Of a DNA stretch of 55,249 nt, positions 1-7,981 are shown piece by piece. The stretch's first letter is position 1; the number at the start of each line of letters is the position of its first letter. The notes below the pieces were generated by a model. It made no database searches, was not told where the DNA came from, and was given only the letters and a program-made list of their open reading frames with translations. The stretch covers positions 1-55,249 of the IMG/VR virus record IMGVR_UViG_3300032296_001930; one strand, given 5' to 3'. The translations under genes and the position numbers were made by a program. The DNA comes from a virus. Lineage: Duplodnaviria > Caudoviricetes.

Positions 1-141
1 ACCAGTTGCCTGCTCCGGCTGCTCCAGCGCGGACTCAAGCGTGGCGATCAGATCGTTCAGTTGCACAGCGTCTATGTCGCGGCCACTACTCCACTTGCCC
101 AACGCCTCCAGCGCCTGCTGCGCTGCTTCTCGCAAGTTCAT
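1..141 (-). CDS. Hypothetical phage protein, runs off the window edge (MNLREAAQQALEAL...LEQPEQ)
   Basis: ATG at 141 overlaps the stop of the upstream gene (ATGA); frame open to base 1; probably continues in the ORF at the right end. Confidence 0.7.
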   Translation of the reverse strand, partial: MNLREAAQQALEALGKWSSGRDIDAVQLNDLIATLESALEQPEQATG

Positions 142-842
142 ACCACCTCCCTAATTGCGTAGTCGTGCCACACCACTCCCTTGCTCGGGTCTCCGACCTT
201 ACAGGGCTTCACCCAAACATTCTTCCCGCTCCTGAGCCTGCGTAGATGCCCTCTGCGGTCGTGCTGGCGGGGCGATGCATGGGTACCACCCTTGGACTCG
301 GATCGTGGCTTGGATGGCTCGATGTAGACCGTCGTCCAGTCGTAGGTAGGCGGCTTGCCTTGGGCGATCTTGCGCCGGTTGGTGAAGGTGTCCCGCACCA
401 CCGGCCTGTAGGCCGCGCACTGCTCGGACAACAGCCGGTACCAGTTCCCCACGAATCCCAGCACCATCTCGGCGTCCTTCTGGTCGATGTGGTCGCCCTC
501 CTGCAACGGGCCGTACTTGATCGACCCGTCGTCCAAGGCGTAGACCATCAGCGGCAACTTGCGCGGCATCTGGCCATACGGCCCCTTGTGAACGGCCAGC
601 ACGATCCCGTTCTCGGGGTTGTCCCCCACGGTGATCATCAGCATCTCGTAGGTCTCATGGGTCTTAGTCTTTCCCTGCCAGACCACGACGCACTTCTCGA
701 AGGGCGGCCGGTACTCTTGCAGCCAGTTCTGATCGACCGTGCTCTGGTCGAGCGTGCCGGAGACATCGAACCACTGCGTGTCGGTGATGTCGAAGTCGGA
801 CTCGGTCATCCACTTGATCGTGGATCGGATAAGGGGGGTCAT
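138..842 (-). CDS. Conserved phage hypothetical protein with C-terminal HASPRxHxRRGHxR motif
   Basis: Start MTPLIRS at 842 in ATGA overlap with upstream stop; His/Arg motif seen in many phage proteins. Confidence 0.8.
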   Translation of the reverse strand: MTPLIRSTIKWMTESDFDITDTQWFDVSGTLDQSTVDQNWLQEYRPPFEKCVVVWQGKTKTHETYEMLMITVGDNPENGIVLAVHKGPYGQMPRKLPLMVYALDDGSIKYGPLQEGDHIDQKDAEMVLGFVGNWYRLLSEQCAAYRPVVRDTFTNRRKIAQGKPPTYDWTTVYIEPSKPRSESKGGTHASPRQHDRRGHLRRLRSGKNVWVKPCKVGDPSKGVVWHDYAIREVV

Positions 843-1045
843 GCGCCCCTCCTCTCGGCCACCTTGACGGCGATGTCGCCCTCGGCCATATGCCACATCA
901 GACGCAGCAGGAACTCCTGAGACATCTTCGAGGTGTCGATGTGGAGGTGGGCCTCCTGCGCCACGATCATGCCGTCCACGATGCGCTTGGGGTTGCGGTA
1001 CACCACCGTGGACTCGTAGACATCGAACCGGGCGTGCTCGTTCAC
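839..1045 (-). CDS. Hypothetical protein
   Basis: GTG start overlapping upstream TGA; 4-nt overlaps at both ends. Confidence 0.7.
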   Translation of the reverse strand: MNEHARFDVYESTVVYRNPKRIVDGMIVAQEAHLHIDTSKMSQEFLLRLMWHMAEGDIAVKVAERRGA

Positions 1046-1242
1046 GCCTGCGCTCCGGTGGCCAGCACGCGATTGATGGCCTCGACCATCTTGCGGGCCT
1101 GATCGAAAGTCAGGGTGCAGTTCGCACCGCCGCCGCTGACCTGAATCGACAACCACAACTCGTTGTCGTCGTACTTGTCCACGAAAACCACGCGCTCGAA
1201 TCCGTCGGCGGTCTCAATACGGGTCTGAAGATCTTCGCTCAT
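1042..1242 (-). CDS. Hypothetical early protein (MSEDLQTR...)
   Basis: ATG 1242 with GGAG SD, downstream of a promoter. Confidence 0.75.
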   Translation of the reverse strand: MSEDLQTRIETADGFERVVFVDKYDDNELWLSIQVSGGGANCTLTFDQARKMVEAINRVLATGAQA

Positions 1243-1274
1243 TTGTCGCTCCATTCGCTGTTGATGATGATGTA

Positions 1275-1305
1275 AGTATACATGAAACTTGGAAGGGGGT
1301 GTCAA
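1275..1305 (-). promoter_or_regulatory. Sigma70-like promoter TTGACA-N19-TATACT
   Basis: TGTCAA at 1300-1305 and AGTATA at 1275-1280 on the plus strand; 19-nt spacer. Confidence 0.7.
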
Positions 1306-1571
1306 TCCCAATAATCGTCGCGGCTGCCTTCCATGGCCTCGAAGATTTCTTCGTCGATGCGGCTCTCGTCTTCGCGGCTCATCTTGCGCTCCAGCCACGG
1401 GGCCTTGCGGCCGCGGCGGTCAAGCACCACCCAACTGCCGCAACCGCCCTCGGCGGGGTAGCAGCGCTCGGGAGGGCCGGAGACCTGAGCAGGGACATAA
1501 GCCTCCCAATCAGTGACACCGATGAGGCAGGGGATGCCTGCCACGCGGGATTCGATTTCGGCGATGTACAT
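1302..1571 (-). CDS. Hypothetical protein
   Basis: 89-aa ORF in tandem minus-strand array. Confidence 0.75.
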   Translation of the reverse strand: MYIAEIESRVAGIPCLIGVTDWEAYVPAQVSGPPERCYPAEGGCGSWVVLDRRGRKAPWLERKMSREDESRIDEEIFEAMEGSRDDYWD

Positions 1572-1584
1572 GGCAGCCCCCTGA

Positions 1585-1899
1585 TCAGAAGTTGTAGTCG
1601 TAGAACTTGACGGGCTTGTCGCTCAGGCCGAAGCGGCGGCCGTACTTGTCTTGCCAGCCCTTCTTCGCGCTCAGGCGGATGCGGATCACCGGATTGCTCT
1701 CGTTGCTGGTGATGAACCACTTCTGGTCACGCTGGTTGGAGCAGTGGGCGGCGAACCCGCCGACATGGAACTCCAACTTCACGCTCTCGTCGCGCTCGGT
1801 GTCCATCTCGCGGATCTCAATGGTCTTGTCGCTGATCACGCGCACGACCTCGTAGGGGGTCACATCGCTGTAGCCGTAGTGGTTTGCGTATTGGTTCAT
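1585..1899 (-). CDS. Hypothetical early protein
   Basis: 104-aa ORF with GGAAAG SD, downstream of a promoter. Confidence 0.8.
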   Translation of the reverse strand: MNQYANHYGYSDVTPYEVVRVISDKTIEIREMDTERDESVKLEFHVGGFAAHCSNQRDQKWFITSNESNPVIRIRLSAKKGWQDKYGRRFGLSDKPVKFYDYNF

Positions 1900-1949
1900 G
1901 GTCTCTTTCCTTCGCTGTTAGTCGGCACCACCGTGGTGTCGATGGTGTA

Positions 1950-1980
1950 ATTCTAACTGAAATCTGGAGGGGGTCATCAA
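1950..1980 (-). promoter_or_regulatory. Sigma70-like promoter TTGATG-N19-TAGAAT
   Basis: CATCAA 1975-1980 and ATTCTA 1950-1955; spacer resembles the promoters at 1275 and 3476. Confidence 0.65.
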
Positions 1981-1993
1981 CTTAGGACAAACC

Positions 1994-2185
1994 CTAATGC
2001 GGATGCTTGATTTCGGCCGGGGTCGGCGGCTGAAGGTAGCCCAGCAGACGCACTAGCACCATGGCCTCGTGCGGGGGCAGCGTGAGCAGGTACTGCTTGA
2101 TCTCGTGGATCAGGTAGTCGCAGCCGTTGTCGAACCCGGCGATGTACTCGCTCATGACGGTCTCTGGCGCGTGCTGTGGTCTCAT
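1994..2185 (-). CDS. Hypothetical protein
   Basis: 63-aa ORF directly after 2188..2625. Confidence 0.6.
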   Translation of the reverse strand: MRPQHAPETVMSEYIAGFDNGCDYLIHEIKQYLLTLPPHEAMVLVRLLGYLQPPTPAEIKHPH

Positions 2186-2187
2186 GG

Positions 2188-2625
2188 CTATCTACCCCCT
2201 TCCTCTCTCAGAAAATCGGTTCCTGCGGCCGTTACGGCCCATACCGCGGCCTTCTTGCGGTGCGCGGTCATCCTGCGCTCGCCGGTGTCCTTCACCAGCC
2301 CCTTGTTGGCCAGCGTCACCCGGCAGGGCCGGTACGAGTTGCCGTCCATCCGCATCACGCTCTGGCCCTCCTCGTCGGTCAGGCCGTCGGCGTGGCGGGA
2401 CAGGGCCACCAGCACCGCCCGGGTGGAGCGGCCAAACTTCGGCGCGACTTCGGCGGCAGCCTCCCGGCTGGTCTCACTGTGCCGCTGGTGCGGCGGCAGG
2501 GTGCCCGGGTTCAGATCGGCCTCGATCAGAGCCACGCGGGTCTTGATGGCGTCGGCCACGAAGATGTCGTTGGTGCGGATGCTCTTGAGTTCAACGAGCA
2601 CCATGCGAAGGGTTCTGCGACTCAT
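2188..2625 (-). CDS. Putative winged-helix DNA-binding protein
   Basis: TSREAA...LTDEE...SYRPCRVTL..GLV.DTGERR...AVW pattern typical of phage wHTH proteins; start adjusted to overlap upstream stop. Confidence 0.6.
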   Translation of the reverse strand: MSRRTLRMVLVELKSIRTNDIFVADAIKTRVALIEADLNPGTLPPHQRHSETSREAAAEVAPKFGRSTRAVLVALSRHADGLTDEEGQSVMRMDGNSYRPCRVTLANKGLVKDTGERRMTAHRKKAAVWAVTAAGTDFLREEGGR

Positions 2626-2906
2626 CACTTGCTCCAGTGGTTCTCGCAGATATCCCCCGCGGCGATCCAGAGGATGCGCTGAAGGTTCTGCGGGTGATCG
2701 GCCAGTTCGGTCTCGTCCCAAGCCCCGTACTCGCGAAGTTCGTTTCGCAGAGACTCGGGGTCGATCTTCTCCAGTTGCCTTCGGATGCTGCGCTCGTTGG
2801 AGAGCGCCAGCACATCGTCGTCGCACGGGCCGGGGTGCGTGCAGGACTGCGCCTGCTTCAAGGTCATCTGGATCTCAATGCGGCCATGGGTTGATGTGAA
2901 CCACAT
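2625..2906 (-). CDS. Hypothetical protein
   Basis: 93-aa ORF with GGAG SD, tightly packed. Confidence 0.75.
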   Translation of the reverse strand: MWFTSTHGRIEIQMTLKQAQSCTHPGPCDDDVLALSNERSIRRQLEKIDPESLRNELREYGAWDETELADHPQNLQRILWIAAGDICENHWSK

Positions 2907-2907
2907 A

Positions 2908-3075
2908 TCACTCCTCCGCGGCCGGTTGCTCTGGCTCCTCGCGGGAGATCACGACGAAGTCGCCCGTGTGCCGGTAGGTCTCGATCTCGCACTTGTTGAA
3001 GTTGGTGCTCATGCGCTGGTTGATGATCTCCAGCACCAGTTGCTCGACTTCGGCTTTGGTCATGATGACTTTCAT
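2908..3075 (-). CDS. Hypothetical protein (MKVIMTKAEVEQ...)
   Basis: ATG 3075 preceded by ACAGCGAAAGGAAAG leader. Confidence 0.7.
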   Translation of the reverse strand: MKVIMTKAEVEQLVLEIINQRMSTNFNKCEIETYRHTGDFVVISREEPEQPAAEE

Positions 3076-3096
3076 TTCGCTTTCCTTTCGCTGTTG

Positions 3097-3117
3097 AAAA
3101 AAAGGGGCCGAAGCCCC
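3097..3117 (-). terminator. Rho-independent terminator
   Basis: GGGGC-TTCG-GCCCC followed by T7 on the minus strand. Confidence 0.8.
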
Positions 3118-3122
3118 GGGGT

Positions 3123-3425
3123 TCACTTGCTGGTGACCTTGATCGAGAACACCGCGGCGGTCTTGGTGTGCTCGGCGATCAACTCGGCCGGGATGTTCAT
3201 GGCCTTAGCCACGGCCTTCCAGTCAACCGTCGAGCGGTTGGTCTCGATGTAGGTGGCCTTGAAGAGGTCACCCTCGAACGACTTCTGACCAGACAGGCTG
3301 GCCTCATCCTTGAGGGCGTCCGTCATGGCGTCGTATTCCTTGGTCAGGTCGGCGATCTGCGCCTTGAGTTGGCCCAGACGGTCGATGCTGATGTCGTTGC
3401 TGCCGGTGGTGATGGTGGTGTTCAT
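3123..3425 (-). CDS. Hypothetical early protein
   Basis: 100-aa ORF with its own promoter, SD and terminator. Confidence 0.8.
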   Translation of the reverse strand: MNTTITTGSNDISIDRLGQLKAQIADLTKEYDAMTDALKDEASLSGQKSFEGDLFKATYIETNRSTVDWKAVAKAMNIPAELIAEHTKTAAVFSIKVTSK

Positions 3426-3475
3426 GTTCGCTTCCTTTCGCTGTTAGACGCTATCGAATTGATCGCGTTGGTGTA

Positions 3476-3506
3476 ATTCTATGTGAAATCCACGGGGGTG
3501 TGTCAA
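3476..3506 (-). promoter_or_regulatory. Sigma70-like promoter TTGACA-N19-TAGAAT
   Basis: TGTCAA 3501-3506 and ATTCTA 3476-3481. Confidence 0.75.
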
Positions 3507-3838
3507 GCCCCCACAGAAATGAAGGTCTTTAGTTGTGGCGGCAGGGGGCCGTACTGCTCCTCCAGCAGGGCGGCGGTGTCCCTGAGCAGGTCTCGCTCGT
3601 CGTAGCCGTAGTGCTTGGGGAACCCTTTCGTGCCGAGGCCGTGCAGGCCCGTCTTGCCCCTGTGGTGCTCTGGGCATAGTGGGATGACCTCCCAGTGGCT
3701 GGAGCGCCTTCCAGCCCCCGTTCCGGCCCTCAGGTGGTGGATCTCCGCCGGGGTGCCCGGGTGACCCATGCGGCGGCAGACCGCGCAGCCCAGTTCGGCC
3801 ACGCGGCCAAGGTGTTTTTTCTCAGCCAGCGTGGTCAT
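3503..3838 (-). CDS. Ref-like (RecA-dependent) HNH-type nuclease
   Basis: GCAVC...AEIHH...IPLCPEHHR...GLH motifs characteristic of the P1 Ref / DUF968-type family. Confidence 0.75.
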   Translation of the reverse strand: MTTLAEKKHLGRVAELGCAVCRRMGHPGTPAEIHHLRAGTGAGRRSSHWEVIPLCPEHHRGKTGLHGLGTKGFPKHYGYDERDLLRDTAALLEEQYGPLPPQLKTFISVGA

Positions 3839-4281
3839 TTCGGCAACTTCCACTCAATGACGGGTTTTGAGGTGTCGTTGTTGAACTCACAGGTCAACTC
3901 AACCGCCTCGTAGGCGCTTTTGCCGAGATACATGGCCATGATCGCAAAGTCGCGACCGGAGCCGATGGCGTAGAAGGGCAGACCGATTCGCATCCAGACG
4001 CCAGTGCCGTGGTGATATGCCGCATCCTTGATGACCAAAAGGAGCGAGGGGTCGTTCTCCTTTTCCTTGAAGTCCGGATACCCAAGTTCAATCACCTCGG
4101 CGGCCGTCATGTTGGCCACCTTGCGCTGGTACTTCAGGATCAGCGGCCAATCTCCCGCCCCGCCCAGTAGAAAATCCTTGCCCCTCATCACCTTGCATGG
4201 CTCGTACTGCTTGAGTCCCCAGCCATCAGTTCTCAAGGTGTCACAGGCCACATTCTTTCCATCCCATGCCACTGTGGTCAT
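3835..4281 (-). CDS. Ntn-hydrolase, HslV/proteasome beta-subunit-like peptidase
   Basis: Begins MTTVAWDG (N-terminal Thr nucleophile), then ACD, GGAGD and YAIGSGRDFA motifs. Confidence 0.75.
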   Translation of the reverse strand: MTTVAWDGKNVACDTLRTDGWGLKQYEPCKVMRGKDFLLGGAGDWPLILKYQRKVANMTAAEVIELGYPDFKEKENDPSLLLVIKDAAYHHGTGVWMRIGLPFYAIGSGRDFAIMAMYLGKSAYEAVELTCEFNNDTSKPVIEWKLPK

Positions 4282-4505
4282 CAGTCGTTCCTTTCCTTGG
4301 CCCACTCGTTGCGGATCGCCGCCACCCAGCCCGCTTGGAAGTGACGGCGCACCTCCTCATCGCTGGCCGTGCGTGGTGCGCCCGGGTTGTCGAGGTAGTC
4401 GTTAAACGCATCCTCGAAGGACTTCACGCGCACCGGGCGCGGCAACTTCTCAATCTGTCGTTTCTCCATCTCAATCCATGCCTCTTCTTCTGGGTCGTCA
4501 ATCAT
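4281..4505 (-). CDS. Hypothetical protein
   Basis: ORF in coupled array. Confidence 0.65.
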   Translation of the reverse strand: MIDDPEEEAWIEMEKRQIEKLPRPVRVKSFEDAFNDYLDNPGAPRTASDEEVRRHFQAGWVAAIRNEWAKERND

Positions 4506-4704
4506 TTGCGCCACCCTCCCGGTTGATCTTGAACCGGTAGTCGTTGCGGTACTCGGTGGGCGGCTTGAAACCGTGTCGCTTCCATGTCGCCATCACATCT
4601 GAGCCGTGCGTCCATGGCTTGCCCCACAGAGTCGTTGGCTCGCGGTCTTGCTTAGAAGCCGCTCGCATGGTGTCGTCGATCAGAATCAATTTCTTGGGTT
4701 TCAT
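4498..4704 (-). CDS. Hypothetical protein
   Basis: ORF with GAGG SD; TWKRHGFKPP motif. Confidence 0.65.
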   Translation of the reverse strand: MKPKKLILIDDTMRAASKQDREPTTLWGKPWTHGSDVMATWKRHGFKPPTEYRNDYRFKINREGGAND

Positions 4705-4712
4705 GTTCGTCC

Positions 4713-5036
4713 TCACAGAGTTGCTTTACCTTCGGCGCGGTTGGTGGCCTCCATCGAGCGCCACACCTCGATGCGGGCCTGCGCCGCTACAAGGCCCCAG
4801 CGGATCTCCTCCTCCACTTCTACGGCGGCCTTCAGACCCTTGAGCAGTTCCACATACTCGGGATCTGAGTACGCCTCGCGCTCCTGCGCGTTGACTGCGT
4901 TCTCCAGTGATCGCTTCATGATGATGGCCTTGAGGGACTTTCGATATTCCTCAAGGTAGATGCGCTCGGCCTTGGCCTTGGCGTAGCGCTTGCCGTGCTT
5001 GAAGATGTACTCGATGGCCAGTTCTGGGTTCTCCAT
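4713..5036 (-). CDS. Conserved coiled-coil phage protein
   Basis: 107-aa helical ORF with TGATG overlap. Confidence 0.75.
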   Translation of the reverse strand: MENPELAIEYIFKHGKRYAKAKAERIYLEEYRKSLKAIIMKRSLENAVNAQEREAYSDPEYVELLKGLKAAVEVEEEIRWGLVAAQARIEVWRSMEATNRAEGKATL

Positions 5037-5209
5037 CAGCCAACCTCCTTCAGCAGGTCTGCAAGGTTGCTGAAGTCACGCTCCTCCCACTCCCTTGAAG
5101 ACCGCTCACTCATGGTGCCCTTCTGCAATCGGGTCAGCCTCTGGCGTTCTTGCCGGATCATCTTTTTTACCTCGTCGATTACTCGCTGCTGCTCTTCTCT
5201 TGTCAACAT
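5036..5209 (-). CDS. Hypothetical protein (MLTREEQQ...)
   Basis: ATG 5209 with GGAG SD. Confidence 0.6.
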   Translation of the reverse strand: MLTREEQQRVIDEVKKMIRQERQRLTRLQKGTMSERSSREWEERDFSNLADLLKEVG

Positions 5210-5363
5210 CACTTTCTCCTTTTTCTCGTTGCCACAACATTGCGTCGGCCTGATCAAAAGCGGCCGCTGCGATGCTCCTTGCATCCATGTTGGCGTTGCG
5301 CGTCATCAGCGCAGACATCGCAAACATGGCGTAGATGTCTCTGAGTTCTGGCTCTGGATTCAT
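5106..5363 (-). CDS. Hypothetical protein (LRDxxAMxAM...ADAML family)
   Basis: Motif common in small phage proteins; ATGA overlap upstream. Confidence 0.65.
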   Translation of the reverse strand: MNPEPELRDIYAMFAMSALMTRNANMDARSIAAAAFDQADAMLWQREKGESDVDKRRAAASNRRGKKDDPARTPEADPIAEGHHE

Positions 5364-5572
5364 TGCAGTTCTCCCATGAGCGCCTCACCGGCCGCGTCGG
5401 GGAACCTCGCACCCCATGCGGCCACTTGCAGGACATCCATCTTCTCCATGAAACCGTCTACCGCACCGATGCGGTACTCGATCTCACCGTTACTCGTCAG
5501 CACCCTGACGATGCCCACCGTGCCCTTGGCACCCGTGAACCAGATCCAGTTGAGCGGTCGGGATTCATTCAT
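5360..5572 (-). CDS. Hypothetical protein
   Basis: 70-aa ORF with ATGA overlaps. Confidence 0.7.
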   Translation of the reverse strand: MNESRPLNWIWFTGAKGTVGIVRVLTSNGEIEYRIGAVDGFMEKMDVLQVAAWGARFPDAAGEALMGELQ

Positions 5573-5916
5573 TCGATCACCTCAATTCGTACCTTGACCA
5601 TCCCACCGATCTCTGGTGCCCAGTAGATCCGCAGGTCTTGGATCTGCTCGTCGTCCTCGAACACACCGGCGTGCGCCAGCCCGTCCAGCACCGCCTTGAG
5701 CAGGTTGTCCAGATCCCTGCGCCTGCGGTCTGGCCGGAACGCTTCGATCTCCACCCGCAGGGGTTTCTCGAAGTGCTTGGCAGCCCGCTGGATCAGCACC
5801 TGATCTGCGACCGCCTTGCGGTACTCGCGGCCCTTCTCGCTCAGGATCGAGCGGCCGTTGAACACGCGCCAGTAAGTGTTGACCGTCGGCGGCCAAGGCA
5901 GAGTGACTTCAATCAT
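5569..5916 (-). CDS. rusA: RusA-like Holliday junction resolvase
   Basis: LPWPPTVNTYWR and RRRDLDNLLKAVLDGL...FEDDEQI signature; start 5916. Confidence 0.9.
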   Translation of the reverse strand: MIEVTLPWPPTVNTYWRVFNGRSILSEKGREYRKAVADQVLIQRAAKHFEKPLRVEIEAFRPDRRRRDLDNLLKAVLDGLAHAGVFEDDEQIQDLRIYWAPEIGGMVKVRIEVIE

Positions 5917-6167
5917 TGGCGCTGGCTCGGAATGCGGTTGAGGATCTCCGCGGCCAACTCCGGGTACCCGGCCAGATCCGCCATCTCCGCGCACGCTTGG
6001 CGCTCGATGAAGATCGCCTGCTTGCTGGTCTGAATGGCAATGGCCATGATCTCGGCCTTGGCCTGCGCCAGCGCCTCCTCGAACTCCTTCTGGGTGTACA
6101 GGGTCTGGCCCGCACCCTGACCCAACAGGAATCGCTTTTGGAAGTCGGACAGTTCTACTTTGCTCAT
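5913..6167 (-). CDS. Hypothetical protein
   Basis: MSKVELSD start at 6167; ERxACA motif. Confidence 0.7.
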   Translation of the reverse strand: MSKVELSDFQKRFLLGQGAGQTLYTQKEFEEALAQAKAEIMAIAIQTSKQAIFIERQACAEMADLAGYPELAAEILNRIPSQRQ

Positions 6168-6244
6168 TTCTCTCTCCTCGATGGGCATTCGCGCCCTTGG
6201 TTGCAGTTTTGATTGCACGGCGGACACTCACCTCCAGTCGCCAT
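6164..6244 (-). CDS. 26-aa Cys-rich microprotein MATGGECPPCNQNCNQGRECPSRREK
   Basis: ATG 6244 with GGAG SD; stop overlaps next ATG; four Cys. Confidence 0.5.
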   Translation of the reverse strand: MATGGECPPCNQNCNQGRECPSRREK

Positions 6245-6461
6245 GCTCTCCGCGATTTCCCTTACTCCACTGGTCTCGAACATCTTGTTCCAGCCGTGAG
6301 TTCGGATGAAGTTCATTCCATCCCTTGTGATGTCGGCCAGTGTGGTCACGGTAACCATTGAGCCATCGGTATGCACCATCACGATCTTCAATGCGCTTTT
6401 TGATGACCCATCGAACGAGACAACGGTGGCGATGTTCATCTTCACCCTCTCCTTCCATCAA
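6228..6461 (-). CDS. Hypothetical protein
   Basis: HRHRCLVR...QWSKGNRG motif; ATGA overlap with helicase stop. Confidence 0.7.
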   Translation of the reverse strand: MMEGEGEDEHRHRCLVRWVIKKRIEDRDGAYRWLNGYRDHTGRHHKGWNELHPNSRLEQDVRDQWSKGNRGEHGDWR

Positions 6462-7477
6462 AATCTCCCTCTATCGTCGAACGACATCGGCACAGCGCCG
6501 GGCATCTCGACGAACTGCTGGCTCTCCTTGTCGTACCAAAGAGAGAACCAGTCCTCGGCCTCACCGTTGCGCTGCTTCTCGCACATCAGCATGGCGTCTG
6601 GATCCTTGTCGTCAACCGCGACGCCAGATTGCGCCTTGTGCTCCTTCTTTTTGTTGCGCCACATCAGCAAAACATTGTCAACCTGATCGGCGATTGCGCC
6701 AGTCCCTTTGATGTCGTTTTTGTTCGGCTGAATCTCTTCGCTCTGCAACTTGCGGATGTGGTGGATCAGGTGAATGTGGACACCGTGATCGCGGGCCACT
6801 GCGGTCATCTCATCGACGAAGAATTTCTGGGCGTTGTAGTCATCTTCACCGGCCACGCACTTCATCAGCGAATCGATGAAGATATGCTTGATACCCAACT
6901 CAACCGCGCAGTACCGGGCCATGGCGATCACCTGCTGCGAGTTCGTGGTGCCCTGCTGGTCGTACAGGAACAAGCGGCCGTCGGCATAGACGCGGAAGCG
7001 GTCAAGCAGACCACCGATGTACTTGGCCTTGTCCATGAACTTCGGGAAGTCAATGTTCTCGCCAGCGAACTGGCGCAGCATCCGGTACAGCGTGCGCTTG
7101 GGCTTCATCTCGAAGGACGCAAGGCAGATCGGCTGCTTGTGCTTGATCAGGCCCAGCGCGATCTGGCCGGTGATCAGTGACTTGCCGCCGCCGTTCGATC
7201 CGGCGTATAGGGTCACCTCACCCGGGCGGAACTTGAAACTGTTGTGGGTCTTGGGCCAAGGCATCGGGAAGCCCTCGTCGCGCTTGACCGGCTGGCCCAG
7301 TTCGTCCTGCATCTCGTCCAGCCACATCTCGGCCTCGTGCACCTTGTGGGTCACATCGTTGGCCTTCAGGTACTTGGCGGTGTCGATCTCCTCGGACTTC
7401 AGCAGACGGATTCTGCGGGCCTCATCAAGGGCGCGTGCTCGCTGCTCAACTGTGTTCACATAAGTCAAACTAGACAT
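6458..7477 (-). CDS. DnaB/T7 gp4-type SF4 replicative helicase
   Basis: Walker A GSNGGGKS, SFEM, Walker B IFIDSL, LIHHIRK, DIKGTGAI..D, KQRNG. Confidence 0.9.
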   Translation of the reverse strand: MSSLTYVNTVEQRARALDEARRIRLLKSEEIDTAKYLKANDVTHKVHEAEMWLDEMQDELGQPVKRDEGFPMPWPKTHNSFKFRPGEVTLYAGSNGGGKSLITGQIALGLIKHKQPICLASFEMKPKRTLYRMLRQFAGENIDFPKFMDKAKYIGGLLDRFRVYADGRLFLYDQQGTTNSQQVIAMARYCAVELGIKHIFIDSLMKCVAGEDDYNAQKFFVDEMTAVARDHGVHIHLIHHIRKLQSEEIQPNKNDIKGTGAIADQVDNVLLMWRNKKKEHKAQSGVAVDDKDPDAMLMCEKQRNGEAEDWFSLWYDKESQQFVEMPGAVPMSFDDRGRF

Positions 7478-7901
7478 TTGCGTACCTCATCGCTTCATCA
7501 ATTCGCTGATATGCCACCAACATTCGCTTTTGATCCTCTTCGCTCGGCCACTTGCCGTTGGCGATGTCGAAAGCCACGATCTGAACCACGAGGGCCTCGA
7601 ACGCGATCACGCGCATGAGGTCGCTGGCATAGAAAGCGGGCTTCACGCTGGGCTTGCCATGCCCGTACTCGCGCCGCTTCTCCTCCGGCGGGAACAGGTC
7701 GGTCATGTCCATGCCAACCGAACCGAGAACCGATTCGGTTTCGCACCCGGCAAAGCAGTGAACCAGCACCCGGCCGTCGGGCAACTCACGCACCGCGAGG
7801 CTTGGCCCCTTGTCGTCGTGAGCCGGGCAGCAGGCAGTCCATGAACCGTTGCGGCCGCGGACTTTGTTCAGCCGTTGGATAAGATTTTCGGCCGGAGTCA
7901 C
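7470..7901 (-). CDS. Primase-type zinc-finger protein (no TOPRIM domain)
   Basis: ACCPAHDD..PSL...LVHCFAGC; only 143 aa. Confidence 0.8.
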   Translation of the reverse strand: MTPAENLIQRLNKVRGRNGSWTACCPAHDDKGPSLAVRELPDGRVLVHCFAGCETESVLGSVGMDMTDLFPPEEKRREYGHGKPSVKPAFYASDLMRVIAFEALVVQIVAFDIANGKWPSEEDQKRMLVAYQRIDEAMRYANV

Positions 7902-7981
7902 TTCACACCCCGATCAGAAATGCCCGCCAAGGGGCCAGATCGGGCCATGGCTGCGTTTTTGGGGGCCGGGTAAGGGGTCAT
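7898..7981 (-). CDS. Possible 27-aa translationally coupled minigene
   Basis: Exactly fills the gap with ATGA and GTGA overlaps on each side. Confidence 0.35.
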   Translation of the reverse strand: MTPYPAPKNAAMARSGPLAGISDRGVK

